The notes beneath the pieces were generated by a model, which did no database searches, was not told where the DNA came from, and saw only the letters and a program-made list of their open reading frames with translations. Below are positions 15,355 through 24,429 of a stretch of DNA of 64,000 nt, piece after piece. Origin of the DNA: an uncultured Candidatus Poseidoniales archaeon (GTDB lineage: Archaea > Thermoplasmatota > Poseidoniia > Poseidoniales > Poseidoniaceae); the NCBI GenBank assembly GCA_000246735.1, contig CM001443.1, positions 1,176,777 through 1,240,776 on the forward strand, in the 5' to 3' direction. Within the stretch, counting starts at the first letter, position 1. Each line of letters opens with the position of its first letter. The position numbers and the translations under genes were made by a program.

Positions 15355-16679
15355 CAGTACACCACCCCCAAAAGGAGTTTGACAACAAATGGAATACCAA
15401 TCATAAGATTGACGCCCCATGTCATAGCCCTTTCATTGCCGGGCCACGCCCAAGAAACCGTCTTCATTTCTTCGTCAGGTTCCAACGCATCAATGAGGTG
15501 TCGTTCCCATCCAGTGGCGAGCACCAACCCACAGACAACAGCGAGGACCAAATCAGGAATTGGAATAATCACTTCGAGCAACGTGGTAAACACGGCGGTA
15601 ATTGCAACCATGACACAAAGTGCTACAAGTCTCAGAATCTTTTGGTCACGTTCTGACTCGATGGTGATCAATCCAAATTTAACGGCGTGAAGTAAAGCAA
15701 TGGTCGGGTAAATGAGATGGAAACTGAATCCGTCGCTGAGCGCCGTGATAATTTCTGCGTTTGCATCCATTGGCATTTCACTCATGTCCCATGTGGCGTA
15801 CCCTGTGACCCATGCCCAGTGTCGGAAGATGATAAGCGCCCAAATGAAGAGTAAGTACCCAGAGAAAACTGTCGCCAAACTAACTGGGTGTTTCTTTCGG
15901 ATGGATTGGATGATGTGGTAGATTGAACCCAATCCAAATGCAATCATGACGAAGGAAAAGACACCGAGAATAAATGTCATTTCTGCCAACGTCACCATTG
16001 CATAATTGTACCCTGCTGTGGCACCGGAGTAGTTGACAGTGGGGAAGGTCCACCATGCGTTTCCTGTTCCAGCAAGGAAACCAATGGCACGGAAAATCAT
16101 GTTATCCATCACAACGGCAATTGTTCCTAATGCGAAAAAACCAGAACGTCGCATGGCCAATGCCTCGACGGATTTGTCGTCAATTGCTGGAGGGTTGATG
16201 AGAAACCGCATCCCAGTAGCGAAACAAACAAGAACAGCGGCCATGATAATGACATAGGTGAGCATTGAATTGTAAAATGGGTCTGCATCTGCTGCCACGG
16301 CCGTCCGATCGATGTGAATGGCTATGAAGACAAAAATCCCAAGAGCGGCAATTTGCCACGACTTACGAAGGAACGGAATTGGGACCAATAGCATCAAGAA
16401 AAGGTGTGTATAAAAGAAGTTGAGCGATGAAGCATATCCAGATATTGATATGAATACAGTGTCGGCAGTGAGGTAGTCAATCCCCGTTGTCGGAACAAGA
16501 GTTTGCATGCGTCGCAACACGAAGTACAACAGCAACCAAATGACCAATGAGGCGCCCATTCGTCGATCCCATGTTCGCTTATCCTCGCCTGGGCGAAGAT
16601 GAAAATATGATATGAAAAGGAGAATGAATACGCTGAGTACCAATCCAATATCGTCGAGGAGGTCAAGGCCTTCGGTCAC
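15354..16679 (-). CDS. Polytopic membrane protein (about 12 TM helices), unknown family
   Basis: 441-aa ORF that is almost entirely hydrophobic helices separated by short loops. Its stop overlaps the start of the downstream HeH-repeat gene. No motif recognised. Confidence 0.65.
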   Translation of the reverse strand: MTEGLDLLDDIGLVLSVFILLFISYFHLRPGEDKRTWDRRMGASLVIWLLLYFVLRRMQTLVPTTGIDYLTADTVFISISGYASSLNFFYTHLFLMLLVPIPFLRKSWQIAALGIFVFIAIHIDRTAVAADADPFYNSMLTYVIIMAAVLVCFATGMRFLINPPAIDDKSVEALAMRRSGFFALGTIAVVMDNMIFRAIGFLAGTGNAWWTFPTVNYSGATAGYNYAMVTLAEMTFILGVFSFVMIAFGLGSIYHIIQSIRKKHPVSLATVFSGYLLFIWALIIFRHWAWVTGYATWDMSEMPMDANAEIITALSDGFSFHLIYPTIALLHAVKFGLITIESERDQKILRLVALCVMVAITAVFTTLLEVIIPIPDLVLAVVCGLVLATGWERHLIDALEPDEEMKTVSWAWPGNERAMTWGVNLMIGIPFVVKLLLGVVY

Positions 16680-16769
16680 AATGTGAGTTTCGAGTTGCGG
16701 GTTATAACATTTTCAACGGCAAAAAGCATCGTGGCATCCCTTTGGGAGCAATGGTGCGATGGTCGGAAA

Positions 16770-17834
16770 TCACAACATGGTGAGCGTAGCAAGGCGTACG
16801 CCCCATGCCTTACTCAACACCTCATCATCAATGCATGTCTGAGCCACAGCAGCAAGCATTGGGTCCTCAATGGAATCTGGGTCGCTCAGGAGCGATTCAA
16901 ATTGCTCCATTCGATTGAGGCGGTGGGCCAGTGTCAACATGGCCCGTAGGTCTGGACGATCGGCACCAGCGTTTGTTTCAGGGAGTTGTGCACAGCACCA
17001 TTCAAACACACCTGCAATGTCTTCTGGATGGACCTTGAGAACAGGCTCCTCATCGTCTGCACTGCGGGGTTTGGCTTGCAGGACTTGATCCTGCATTCGT
17101 TCAGCATCCTCGTCAATGCTTTGGCTGGAGAAATCCAAAAACAACGCTCCCGCTTCTACGGCCATGTTGGTTTGGTGTGCAAGGATCGCATGCGTGTGGG
17201 CGTTCCAAGCATGCCGTGCAGCATCAAAGATGTGGCCAAGGCCTGCTCGGATGCGACTTGCACCAAGGCGTGAGATCGCTACTGTTTCGTGAGCGTGCCC
17301 TCCATCGCGAGGAATCTCTGCATAGGTGGCAAGTGCCATCAGTGGCTCACCAGCCGCCATGTGAAAAGCAGCCTTGTTAATCAGGGATAGGTCATGGTCA
17401 CGACTGGCCTTTGCGACTGAACTAAGGCGTGTTTCTGCCCAAGTGAGGTCTTCTGATGCTCCTTCGTTATCACCCATCTCATACCGGGTCAGGCCACGCT
17501 CCATTCTAAGGCGTCCCTCGAGCGCAAGGTCTCGAGTTTCTTTAGCTCGTGAGATTGACAGTGCTTCCTCGATGGCCGTTTCCAATCGGTTGTCGCCAAG
17601 CATACGTCGGCGAACCAAGTTGAGCGTCGCCTCTTCTGCAGGTTTGAGTTCTGGTTGAATCACCGCCAACAACTCTGCAGCATCGAGGAACAATGCAGCC
17701 TCGGCCAATGGGAGCCAAGTTTTCCAATTCATTTCATCGCGCCAATCACTCAAGGTTTCGATGTCAACAGGACCCTCTTCTCGCCACTTGGAAATGAAGT
17801 ACCCTGGTGCAGTTGGCATGTTGATTTCGCTCAT
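16770..17834 (-). CDS. Hypothetical soluble alpha-helical protein
   Basis: 354-aa ORF whose start overlaps the stop of the DHH phosphoesterase gene by 4 nt. His-rich central segment (HAHETVAISRLGASRIRAGLGHIFDAARHAWNAHTHAILAH). No family recognised. Confidence 0.6.
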   Translation of the reverse strand: MSEINMPTAPGYFISKWREEGPVDIETLSDWRDEMNWKTWLPLAEAALFLDAAELLAVIQPELKPAEEATLNLVRRRMLGDNRLETAIEEALSISRAKETRDLALEGRLRMERGLTRYEMGDNEGASEDLTWAETRLSSVAKASRDHDLSLINKAAFHMAAGEPLMALATYAEIPRDGGHAHETVAISRLGASRIRAGLGHIFDAARHAWNAHTHAILAHQTNMAVEAGALFLDFSSQSIDEDAERMQDQVLQAKPRSADDEEPVLKVHPEDIAGVFEWCCAQLPETNAGADRPDLRAMLTLAHRLNRMEQFESLLSDPDSIEDPMLAAVAQTCIDDEVLSKAWGVRLATLTML

Positions 17835-18841
17835 GATGGATCCTCCTTACGTGTTGCGATGGCCACTTGTGCGATGAAAGCCGATTCAGCAGCGATTCGA
17901 TCTGCCTTTCCGGACCATCCAGCGGCGCCATCATGGCCGCCTCCTTCGCCTCCAATACGCTCAGCCACTGCAGCCATCAAGTTGCCAAGGTGAACGCCTT
18001 GTTGAGTGCTTGAGCGGGGTGCTCGTGCAGTGAGACGGGTTTGCCCATCTCGAAACCTGCTGACGAGTGCGATTTCTGCACCTGTTCCAACAAGCATGCT
18101 GGCAAGCCGCCCTTCAAGAGTGCCTGAATAGGTGTGAACAATGTTCCACTTGCCCGAGTCGATTGATTTCGCTCTCGAGAGGCCTCTGAGCATGCTGCCT
18201 CGCTCACTTGGCGATGTGGTTTCGGTTTCTATAAACTGGAGGAATGAAGCGTAATCAATGCCTGAATTATCAAGCAGTGCGTGAGCTGATTGGAAAGCGC
18301 CAGCATCGGCGTGTCGGAACCTTCCGGTGTCGGTAATCAGTCCAGCGAGCAGCATCTTGCGCACCACGTCTGTTCGCGTAGTTGGTGAATACCTCTGGAG
18401 GTATGAATCTACGATTTGGGTTGTTGCTCTTACATCCCATTGAAGGCTTATGTCGTGTTCTGCCAGCACCCAGTCAGATGTTGCATGGTGGTCGATAATG
18501 CACAGCGGTACGCCTTCAGGTAACGCCACACCCACTTGGCCTGGCGCTGCGGCATCAACAATGATGATTCCGCCCATTGACTGGGGCCATGCAGTTCGAT
18601 CACCTGCGATTCTTCGAAACGGTGCTTGAAGTTCCTCGACCACACGCTTCGCCGTTCGACCCAGATGAATTCCACATGCCATAAGCCGTGGATGTGAGGA
18701 TGCAAGGGCAATTGCGGAGCCAACGGTGTCCATATCTCCATTCTTTCCTGTGAGGACGGGCACTGGGCCGCGTTCACATGCGTCAGACAACCATGCATGA
18801 AATGCATCGAGGTCGGCTTGTTCAGCTTGGTTCATGTTCAC
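17831..18841 (-). CDS. DHH/DHHA1 phosphoesterase, NrnA-like (nanoRNase / pAp phosphatase type)
   Basis: Motif I GDMDTVGSAIALA, motif II IIIVDAA, motif III IIDHHATSD, motif IV LLAGLITDTGRF, and DHHA1 GGEGGGHDGAAG. 4-nt overlaps with both neighbours. Confidence 0.85.
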   Translation of the reverse strand: MNMNQAEQADLDAFHAWLSDACERGPVPVLTGKNGDMDTVGSAIALASSHPRLMACGIHLGRTAKRVVEELQAPFRRIAGDRTAWPQSMGGIIIVDAAAPGQVGVALPEGVPLCIIDHHATSDWVLAEHDISLQWDVRATTQIVDSYLQRYSPTTRTDVVRKMLLAGLITDTGRFRHADAGAFQSAHALLDNSGIDYASFLQFIETETTSPSERGSMLRGLSRAKSIDSGKWNIVHTYSGTLEGRLASMLVGTGAEIALVSRFRDGQTRLTARAPRSSTQQGVHLGNLMAAVAERIGGEGGGHDGAAGWSGKADRIAAESAFIAQVAIATRKEDPS

Positions 18842-19152
18842 TCAGATCCTTTGAGAACGGCTTGCAACTCTTCGTAGGTTGCCATGAGCTGTGCTTCTCG
18901 GTCGGTGAAGCGAGCGAGGTGGTCATTGAGCGTGGCCAGGGTTTGTTCAAGGTCCTTGAGCAAAGCCTTACGATCCGAAACTTCCACCAAGACCCCACCC
19001 ATTTGTTGGTGAAGTGCGAGGTCTTCTGGTTGATTGCGAACAGAGTCAACAGTTGTTTCCAATTCTACGACTTGTGCTCTTAGATTGGCCACTTGTTGAC
19101 GTGCTGCTTGCACTTCGTTCACGACGGCTTGGAGTTGTTCCATATTGTCCAT
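18838..19152 (-). CDS. pfdB: Prefoldin beta subunit
   Basis: 104-aa coiled-coil / beta-hairpin / coiled-coil pattern (QQMGGVLVEVSDRKALLKDLEQ...). Canonical position in the exosome superoperon. Confidence 0.85.
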   Translation of the reverse strand: MDNMEQLQAVVNEVQAARQQVANLRAQVVELETTVDSVRNQPEDLALHQQMGGVLVEVSDRKALLKDLEQTLATLNDHLARFTDREAQLMATYEELQAVLKGSE

Positions 19153-19197
19153 GTTTTCACCTCAATCGCTTGGCGTTGATGAATGCTCGCCTGTCTT

Positions 19198-19437
19198 TCA
19201 TTCCCTCAATGCTTGGAAAAGAGAATCCACAGCAATCAATCCCCGAACCCGTGTGTTCCACATGGCTCGTAGATCCTTTGCTTTTGATTCATGAAGAGTG
19301 AAGCTGAACGATGTCAGTTCCGTGTTCCAAACGATTGCCTCATCGGTTATGAGTGCGTCACCAAGGGCTTTGGTTTCCCCTGGGGTTGAAGACTCAACGG
19401 TGAGGGTCAGTTTCCAATTCGATACCACGGTGTTCAC
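19198..19437 (-). CDS. pcc1: KEOPS subunit Pcc1-like protein
   Basis: 79 aa with the Pcc1-like pattern ...ALITDE..., ...AKDLRAMWNTRVRGLIAVDSL. Conserved superoperon position between rpl37ae and pfdB. Confidence 0.6.
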   Translation of the reverse strand: MNTVVSNWKLTLTVESSTPGETKALGDALITDEAIVWNTELTSFSFTLHESKAKDLRAMWNTRVRGLIAVDSLFQALRE

Positions 19438-19452
19438 CGCACGCCGAGAGGT

Positions 19453-19812
19453 TCACTCTTCTTCAGAAATTTCGCCAGCGGCCAATGCACGTTCGTAGTC
19501 CATTGCAGCTTGCTGAGCGATGAAGGCCATGTCAGCGGTCGTTGCGCCGTCAACGGATCTTCGGAGAATTCTGTTGTTTGCATCAGAGGCCCGGGTGAAT
19601 GGTTCCCAAGCGCCACCTGCGAAGGTGTGGTTGCACTTGCTACAGGACCAAATGCCCCGTGACTTGCGTGTGACCTTGCGGTACTGGCAAACTGGACATG
19701 TGTACTTGGCGTTTTTCTTGGCCAATGCTGATCCAGCGTTTCGTCGGACGGAAACACCGTACCGAGCTCCAAATCGTGCTGTTGCGCCTGCTTTCTGTGT
19801 TCGCTTTGCCAA
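19453..19812 (-). CDS. rpl37ae: 50S ribosomal protein L37Ae (eL43) with a C-terminal extension
   Basis: ARFGARYGVSVRR, zinc ribbon CPVC...CSKC, and AGGAWEP. About 30 extra C-terminal residues ending in EISEEE. Confidence 0.93.
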   Translation of the reverse strand: MAKRTQKAGATARFGARYGVSVRRNAGSALAKKNAKYTCPVCQYRKVTRKSRGIWSCSKCNHTFAGGAWEPFTRASDANNRILRRSVDGATTADMAFIAQQAAMDYERALAAGEISEEE

Positions 19813-20598
19813 TCAGTTCCCCTCCTGGTTTGCAACGAGTTCTCGAAGTTCGGTGCATCGGAGATGCGCCACTTCGAATATCTCGGCAAATTCTGCGGGC
19901 GTGAATACCCCTCTTAATCCCTTTTGCAGGGAGTGGAGGTGGCCTTCGTCACCCAGAGTGATGTGGATGCGCTCGTCGCCACCCAATTCTTCTTCCTCAG
20001 ATGGGTCGTAGACATAGCGTCCACCGACTCGGGTGAATGATGCCATGATCGGTGTTCCCTTGACCTTGAGCGTGTAGTCTTCGCCAACGTCGAAGCGTTG
20101 AGCAGGGACCACAGCAGTGCGAAGAGCAGCGATGGCTGCAAGTCCACATGCATCGAAAATGTTTCCACCGTCTGAAAGGACGTGGATGTCAATCATGACG
20201 CCCCATACCTTTTCTCCGGGTACAATGCAGAGACTTTCCATGTCGATGCAACCTGATTCACGGATGCCTCGATCAACCACACGGCCGAGTTCGATGGATT
20301 GGGGTGATGGTGGTCCTGGCTCGTACTTTCGGTGAGCGACAGGTCGCAATTCAGCTCCACACATGAGGGAGCCTTGTGCTGGGCGGTCTGGCCATGGGGT
20401 TCGGAGTTCGAATTTGACACCAGCGTAGACGATGGTGCCGCCCATGACGACCTTTGCAGATCCCTCTGCATTGTAGAGGCAATCGGTTTCGAGGGTGACT
20501 TCACGACCTTCCCAACGACCACGGCCATCGAGGCGTAGATCGTCTTCAGCGAGGCGAGCGAGTTCTTGGCGAAGCAATGTTGGAACGAGTTCGACCAT
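19813..20598 (-). CDS. rrp42: Exosome complex component Rrp42
   Basis: RNase PH-like fold without the Rrp41 phosphate site: LRLDGRGRWEGREVTLE..., AEGSAKVVMGGT. It follows rrp41 with a 1-nt overlap. Confidence 0.9.
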   Translation of the reverse strand: MVELVPTLLRQELARLAEDDLRLDGRGRWEGREVTLETDCLYNAEGSAKVVMGGTIVYAGVKFELRTPWPDRPAQGSLMCGAELRPVAHRKYEPGPPSPQSIELGRVVDRGIRESGCIDMESLCIVPGEKVWGVMIDIHVLSDGGNIFDACGLAAIAALRTAVVPAQRFDVGEDYTLKVKGTPIMASFTRVGGRYVYDPSEEEELGGDERIHITLGDEGHLHSLQKGLRGVFTPAEFAEIFEVAHLRCTELRELVANQEGN

Positions 20599-21329
20599 CA
20601 GTTCTCACCTCCCTCGTAACGTCGCTTGAGGGCATCAACCATGATTTCGTGAATCTCGGCTGCTGCTTTGAAATTGTATTCCATAGCAAGGTTGTATTCG
20701 TCAGGTGAGAGGTCGCCATCCATTTGGAGGAAAGCGATTTCACCGGTGTTTGGAAGAATTCCGACTGGCAAGTCAGCTTGGCCGTAATTGTCTTCTGCCT
20801 TGTCAAGGTCGAGGACGACTGTCCCCTCCACTTTGCCAGACGCAACACCAACAATGAGGTCTCGCATTGGAATGCCTGCGTCTGCGAGTGCAACGGCTGC
20901 TGCGGTAAGGCCAGCACACCGTGTACCGGCTTCTGCGGCGAGGATTTCGATTTCGACTCGGATCTTGGATCGTGGGTAGCGCTCAACAAGCACGACAGAT
21001 TCGAGTGCTTCAGCGGTCACCTTAGAAATTTCTCGGGAACGTCGGTTGTAGCCCGGTCGGATTCGGTCGCTGGTTGAAAACGGAGCCATGTTGTATCGAA
21101 CGTCGATGACAGCACGGTCCTGTCGCTGAATCTTCCGAGGGTGGGCTTCCATTGGTCCGTAGACTGCAGCAACGGCCACGTTCAATCCGTGGGTTACCAT
21201 TGCAGATCCATCAGCAGCCGGTAGAACACCTGCTTCAATTGTCATTGGTCGCATTTCGTCAATTTTGCGTCCGTCGAGCCGAAGCCCGTCGTCGCGTAGC
21301 AGTTGTACATCACCATATCCACCCATCAA
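20598..21329 (-). CDS. rrp41: Exosome complex exonuclease Rrp41 (RNase PH type)
   Basis: LRLDGRKIDEMRPM, ADGSAMV, YNMAPFSTSDRIRPGYNRRSREISK, GTRCAGLTAAAVALADAGIPM. Confidence 0.93.
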   Translation of the reverse strand: MMGGYGDVQLLRDDGLRLDGRKIDEMRPMTIEAGVLPAADGSAMVTHGLNVAVAAVYGPMEAHPRKIQRQDRAVIDVRYNMAPFSTSDRIRPGYNRRSREISKVTAEALESVVLVERYPRSKIRVEIEILAAEAGTRCAGLTAAAVALADAGIPMRDLIVGVASGKVEGTVVLDLDKAEDNYGQADLPVGILPNTGEIAFLQMDGDLSPDEYNLAMEYNFKAAAEIHEIMVDALKRRYEGGEN

Positions 21330-22021
21330 GCATCACCTTTTTTTGGAGCATTTTGTTCAAGAGCAGACAATTCTGCTTCGAATGTTGTTTTGTGGCCAGA
21401 GGCCTGTGTGAGGGCAACCGCTTCTCGGGCCCATGCGGTCCCTTCGGCGTTGCCGTCAATCCAGACCCGTCCGTTCTCGCCGATGATGATTCGGCTGTCA
21501 GCCGCATCTCGAAGTCGTTGAACGGTTGCGTTGCCTTCGCCGCGCAGTCGGTCGATGTGATTGATTGGAACATTGACGATGGTACCTTGGTTGAGGCGTC
21601 GGAGCCCGACACCCTTCATGGTGAGCACCACGTTGTGGCACTCATCGACTTCTTGGACTCGAGCCAAGACGACATCGCCGATGCCCATGTGTTGGCGGGC
21701 TGCGCCGAATTCGACCTTCCAAGGGGCCAAGGACATTGGCAAAAGGCCTTGGAAAGGACCGTTGATATTCATGAACCAGAGGTTGTTTCTCACCTCTGCG
21801 ACCACAGCGACAATGAGGTCGCCAGACCGTGGCATGTAAGCACTGTTGATTGGATCAACCGATACAGTGTTGTTGAATTCTTTTGTCCACCCAAGTCGGG
21901 TGGCAATGATTGTGTCGTTTTGTGCGATTGCACCGCTTCCTATTCGCTTCCCAGCGACTGGCCCGATGGCCATTCCTGGGGTCACGAGGCGCAGCTCGGC
22001 GCCGTTTTGACCGTTGGACAT
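21326..22021 (-). CDS. rrp4: Exosome RNA-binding subunit Rrp4 (S1 + KH)
   Basis: LVTPG N-terminal domain, S1 domain (SGDLIVAVVAEVRNNLWFMNI), KH domain (IIIGENGRVWI). Start chosen at ATG 22021 (MSNGQNG), preceded by GGAGAGAAAGAA. The ORF-track start at 22075 is an extension. Confidence 0.88.
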   Translation of the reverse strand: MSNGQNGAELRLVTPGMAIGPVAGKRIGSGAIAQNDTIIATRLGWTKEFNNTVSVDPINSAYMPRSGDLIVAVVAEVRNNLWFMNINGPFQGLLPMSLAPWKVEFGAARQHMGIGDVVLARVQEVDECHNVVLTMKGVGLRRLNQGTIVNVPINHIDRLRGEGNATVQRLRDAADSRIIIGENGRVWIDGNAEGTAWAREAVALTQASGHKTTFEAELSALEQNAPKKGDA

Positions 22022-22112
22022 TTCTTTCTCTCCATTCTGCGCCACCGACCATCCCATGATAAAGCCGACCCCCAAACAAACTGTGGATGTGTGAAGGTTT
22101 CAGCACTTGAAC

Positions 22113-22799
22113 TTAGAGTTCTTTGACTTCTGATTCAGATGACTGGCGCATGACTTGTCCGATTAAATCTGGCTTCATGCCTGCCGGACATTCGATCACA
22201 GCAGCCCATGTGCCGTTTTCGAGCCACTGTTCTTTTTGTTGATATGGTCGAAGAATTCGTGACACTGAACCGTAGGCTGAACCGGGCACTCGGAATGCCA
22301 GCCGAACCGACTCGAATGAAAGCGGAATCATCGGTTTGAGTTTATCGATGGCATCCTTCACTTGCTCCTCGAGCCGCTTAAACGGGTCGACGGAATAACG
22401 GGATTCATCCAAAGCGAGTTCGATTCGTGTCTTAGGGTGTGGACTTTTTGTCTTTGGATCGACAGCTTGGACATGGATTTGATGGATGATTTGTTGGCGC
22501 ATTCGTGCGACCATCGCCTTGCGTTGGTTGGTGGTAAGTTGGATGCTTCCTTTTGAGAGAATTGTTGTTGCAATTGTGCGAATGTCTTGGGTGCCAAAGG
22601 TATTCTCAATGGCTTCTTCAGTTGGTCGTTCACCGCCACGGGCGTCGTGGAAGACCTCATCCATTGCCAAAAATGCATTGATATCGACAGCGTTTGGGTC
22701 GGCTTTGAATGTGTCAACCAGTTCAGGGTCAACCAAAACTTCGTAGCGTTTTCCGCCCTTTTCCATACGTGCAAGCACGGCGTTGTCTAGACTTACCAT
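22113..22799 (-). CDS. sdo1: Ribosome maturation protein SBDS/Sdo1
   Basis: VLARMEKGGKRYEVLVDPE..., VFHDARGGERP, SKGSIQLTTNQRKAM. Superoperon position. Confidence 0.9.
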   Translation of the reverse strand: MVSLDNAVLARMEKGGKRYEVLVDPELVDTFKADPNAVDINAFLAMDEVFHDARGGERPTEEAIENTFGTQDIRTIATTILSKGSIQLTTNQRKAMVARMRQQIIHQIHVQAVDPKTKSPHPKTRIELALDESRYSVDPFKRLEEQVKDAIDKLKPMIPLSFESVRLAFRVPGSAYGSVSRILRPYQQKEQWLENGTWAAVIECPAGMKPDLIGQVMRQSSESEVKEL

Positions 22800-22855
22800 T
22801 TCCTGTCCCTCAACCCTTAGAGGCTGTGCCAGCCTTTCATGCTGATGGTCGAACT

Positions 22856-23578
22856 TCAGTCTTCAAGTGGTTTCAAGCGGTCGATTTGCTTGTTCACTTC
22901 AGACCGGTCCAAGACACGGTACCCGTTGTCGTCGATCACCGTCACTTCGACAGCTTCTCTGTTGAGTTCGGTGTCGTTGGCCGTTCGGAGTGCTTCGAGG
23001 CCGAGTTTCATAGCGGCGTTGAGAGTGAGTCCCTTCTTCCAGTTGGATTCAAAGTGCTCAATCACTGTGTTGCGGCCGCTGCCGATGGCACCAGCGTGGT
23101 AGGATTGGTAAGCACCGCTTGGGTCGGTTTCATAGAGGTGAATGCCGTTATCATCAACGCCACCAATGAGAAGAGCGGTTCCGAACGGACGGGATCCGCC
23201 GTATTGGGTGAAGGATTGCTTGAAATCACAGAGTTTCTTGACCAAAACGTCGACTGGGATTGTGTCTGCGTAGGTAATTCGGTTTACTTGAGATTCCACT
23301 CGGGCACGGGCCACGAGTTGCCGTGCATCAGCAACGAGACCTGATGTTGCGACACCGATGTGATTATCGATTTTGAACATCTTTTCGATGGATTCAGGGA
23401 TGATCAGTCGGCTTACGATTCGCTTATCGCAAACGAGCACGACACCATCTCGGAACTTGAGTCCGGCTGTGGTGGTTCCACGCTTGACAGATTCTCGTGC
23501 GTATTCAACTTGGAACAATCGTCCATCTGGGCTAAAGGTCGTAATACCGTGGTCATATCCTCTTCCGCTTGGTTGCAT
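22856..23578 (-). CDS. psmA: Proteasome alpha subunit
   Basis: MQPSGRGYDHGITTFSPDGRLFQVEYARE N-terminus. Start moved to ATG 23578, which has a GAGG Shine-Dalgarno upstream. The ORF-track 23740 start adds 54 implausible residues. Confidence 0.95.
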   Translation of the reverse strand: MQPSGRGYDHGITTFSPDGRLFQVEYARESVKRGTTTAGLKFRDGVVLVCDKRIVSRLIIPESIEKMFKIDNHIGVATSGLVADARQLVARARVESQVNRITYADTIPVDVLVKKLCDFKQSFTQYGGSRPFGTALLIGGVDDNGIHLYETDPSGAYQSYHAGAIGSGRNTVIEHFESNWKKGLTLNAAMKLGLEALRTANDTELNREAVEVTVIDDNGYRVLDRSEVNKQIDRLKPLED

Positions 23579-23730
23579 AATAATTCCCTCATCTTTCTCG
23601 TTGTATCGACGCTTTATGAGGATGCGGGTAAAAGTGGATGAACCCGGACCCTCTGATTTCGGTCGCCAACAGGTCAAAGAGAACTCCACCTCATATGAAC
23701 CCTCACACGATTCCTCACCCCTAACCTCAT

Positions 23731-24426
23731 GTGGAGACACTGGATGGGGGATTCGTGCGAGTCGCAGTCCTCTCCTCTGGCGGAAAAGATTCCGCTGCAG
23801 CGTGGTGGTGGGCTCAATGCAAAGGGTGGGATGTTGTGGCTCTCGTAACGGTGAACATCACTGGTGGGGATTCTTGGATGTTCCAAATCCCAGGTACACA
23901 TCTTGTTGAGCATCAAGCGAGCATCGCTCAGGTGCCGTGGATTCAGGTGGAGACTCCCGGGGTTCAAGATGAAGAGATCTCGGATTTGGAGAGCGTTCTG
24001 GCGACCCTTGACATTGATGGAATTGTCAGCGGGGCCCTCCGCTCAGACTACCAAAAATCGAGACTTGAACGCATGTCAGAGCGGTTGAACATCCGGAGTT
24101 GGACACCTCTTTGGCATCAAAGCAGCCTCGAACACATGAGGGGTTTAGTCAGCAATGGGTTCGAGGTCATGCTCACATCAGTCAGTTGTGAAGGCTTGGA
24201 TGCATCATGGCTAGGTACTGTTCTCACGAATGAATCGCTTGCGTTGTTAGAGGAAAAGTCGCTTGAGTACAGATTTAACGTCGACGGTGAAGGGGGCGAA
24301 TACGAAACCTTGGTTATTGCTGGCCCTCATTTGGCTGGCAGGCTTGACGTCCAAGGGGAAGTCGTATGGCAAGGAACGCGAGGAACCTTTGAATTCACGG
24401 AAGTGAAACCAGTACCTTCGGATTGA
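23731..24426 (+). CDS. PP-loop ATPase of the MJ0570/Dph6 family (diphthine-ammonia ligase-like)
   Basis: VAVLSSGGKDS PP-loop, GALRSDYQKSRLERM, TPLW, GEGGEYETLV. Confidence 0.8.
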   Translation: METLDGGFVRVAVLSSGGKDSAAAWWWAQCKGWDVVALVTVNITGGDSWMFQIPGTHLVEHQASIAQVPWIQVETPGVQDEEISDLESVLATLDIDGIVSGALRSDYQKSRLERMSERLNIRSWTPLWHQSSLEHMRGLVSNGFEVMLTSVSCEGLDASWLGTVLTNESLALLEEKSLEYRFNVDGEGGEYETLVIAGPHLAGRLDVQGEVVWQGTRGTFEFTEVKPVPSD

Positions 24427-24429
24427 GGC

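Noticed and set aside
21152-22126. 324-aa plus-strand ORF, the longest non-annotated ORF in the track
   Set aside because: It lies entirely antisense to rrp4/rrp41, which carry unmistakable family motifs. Its translation is low-complexity (Arg/Ser/His/Val-rich) with no recognisable motif. It is a typical shadow ORF.
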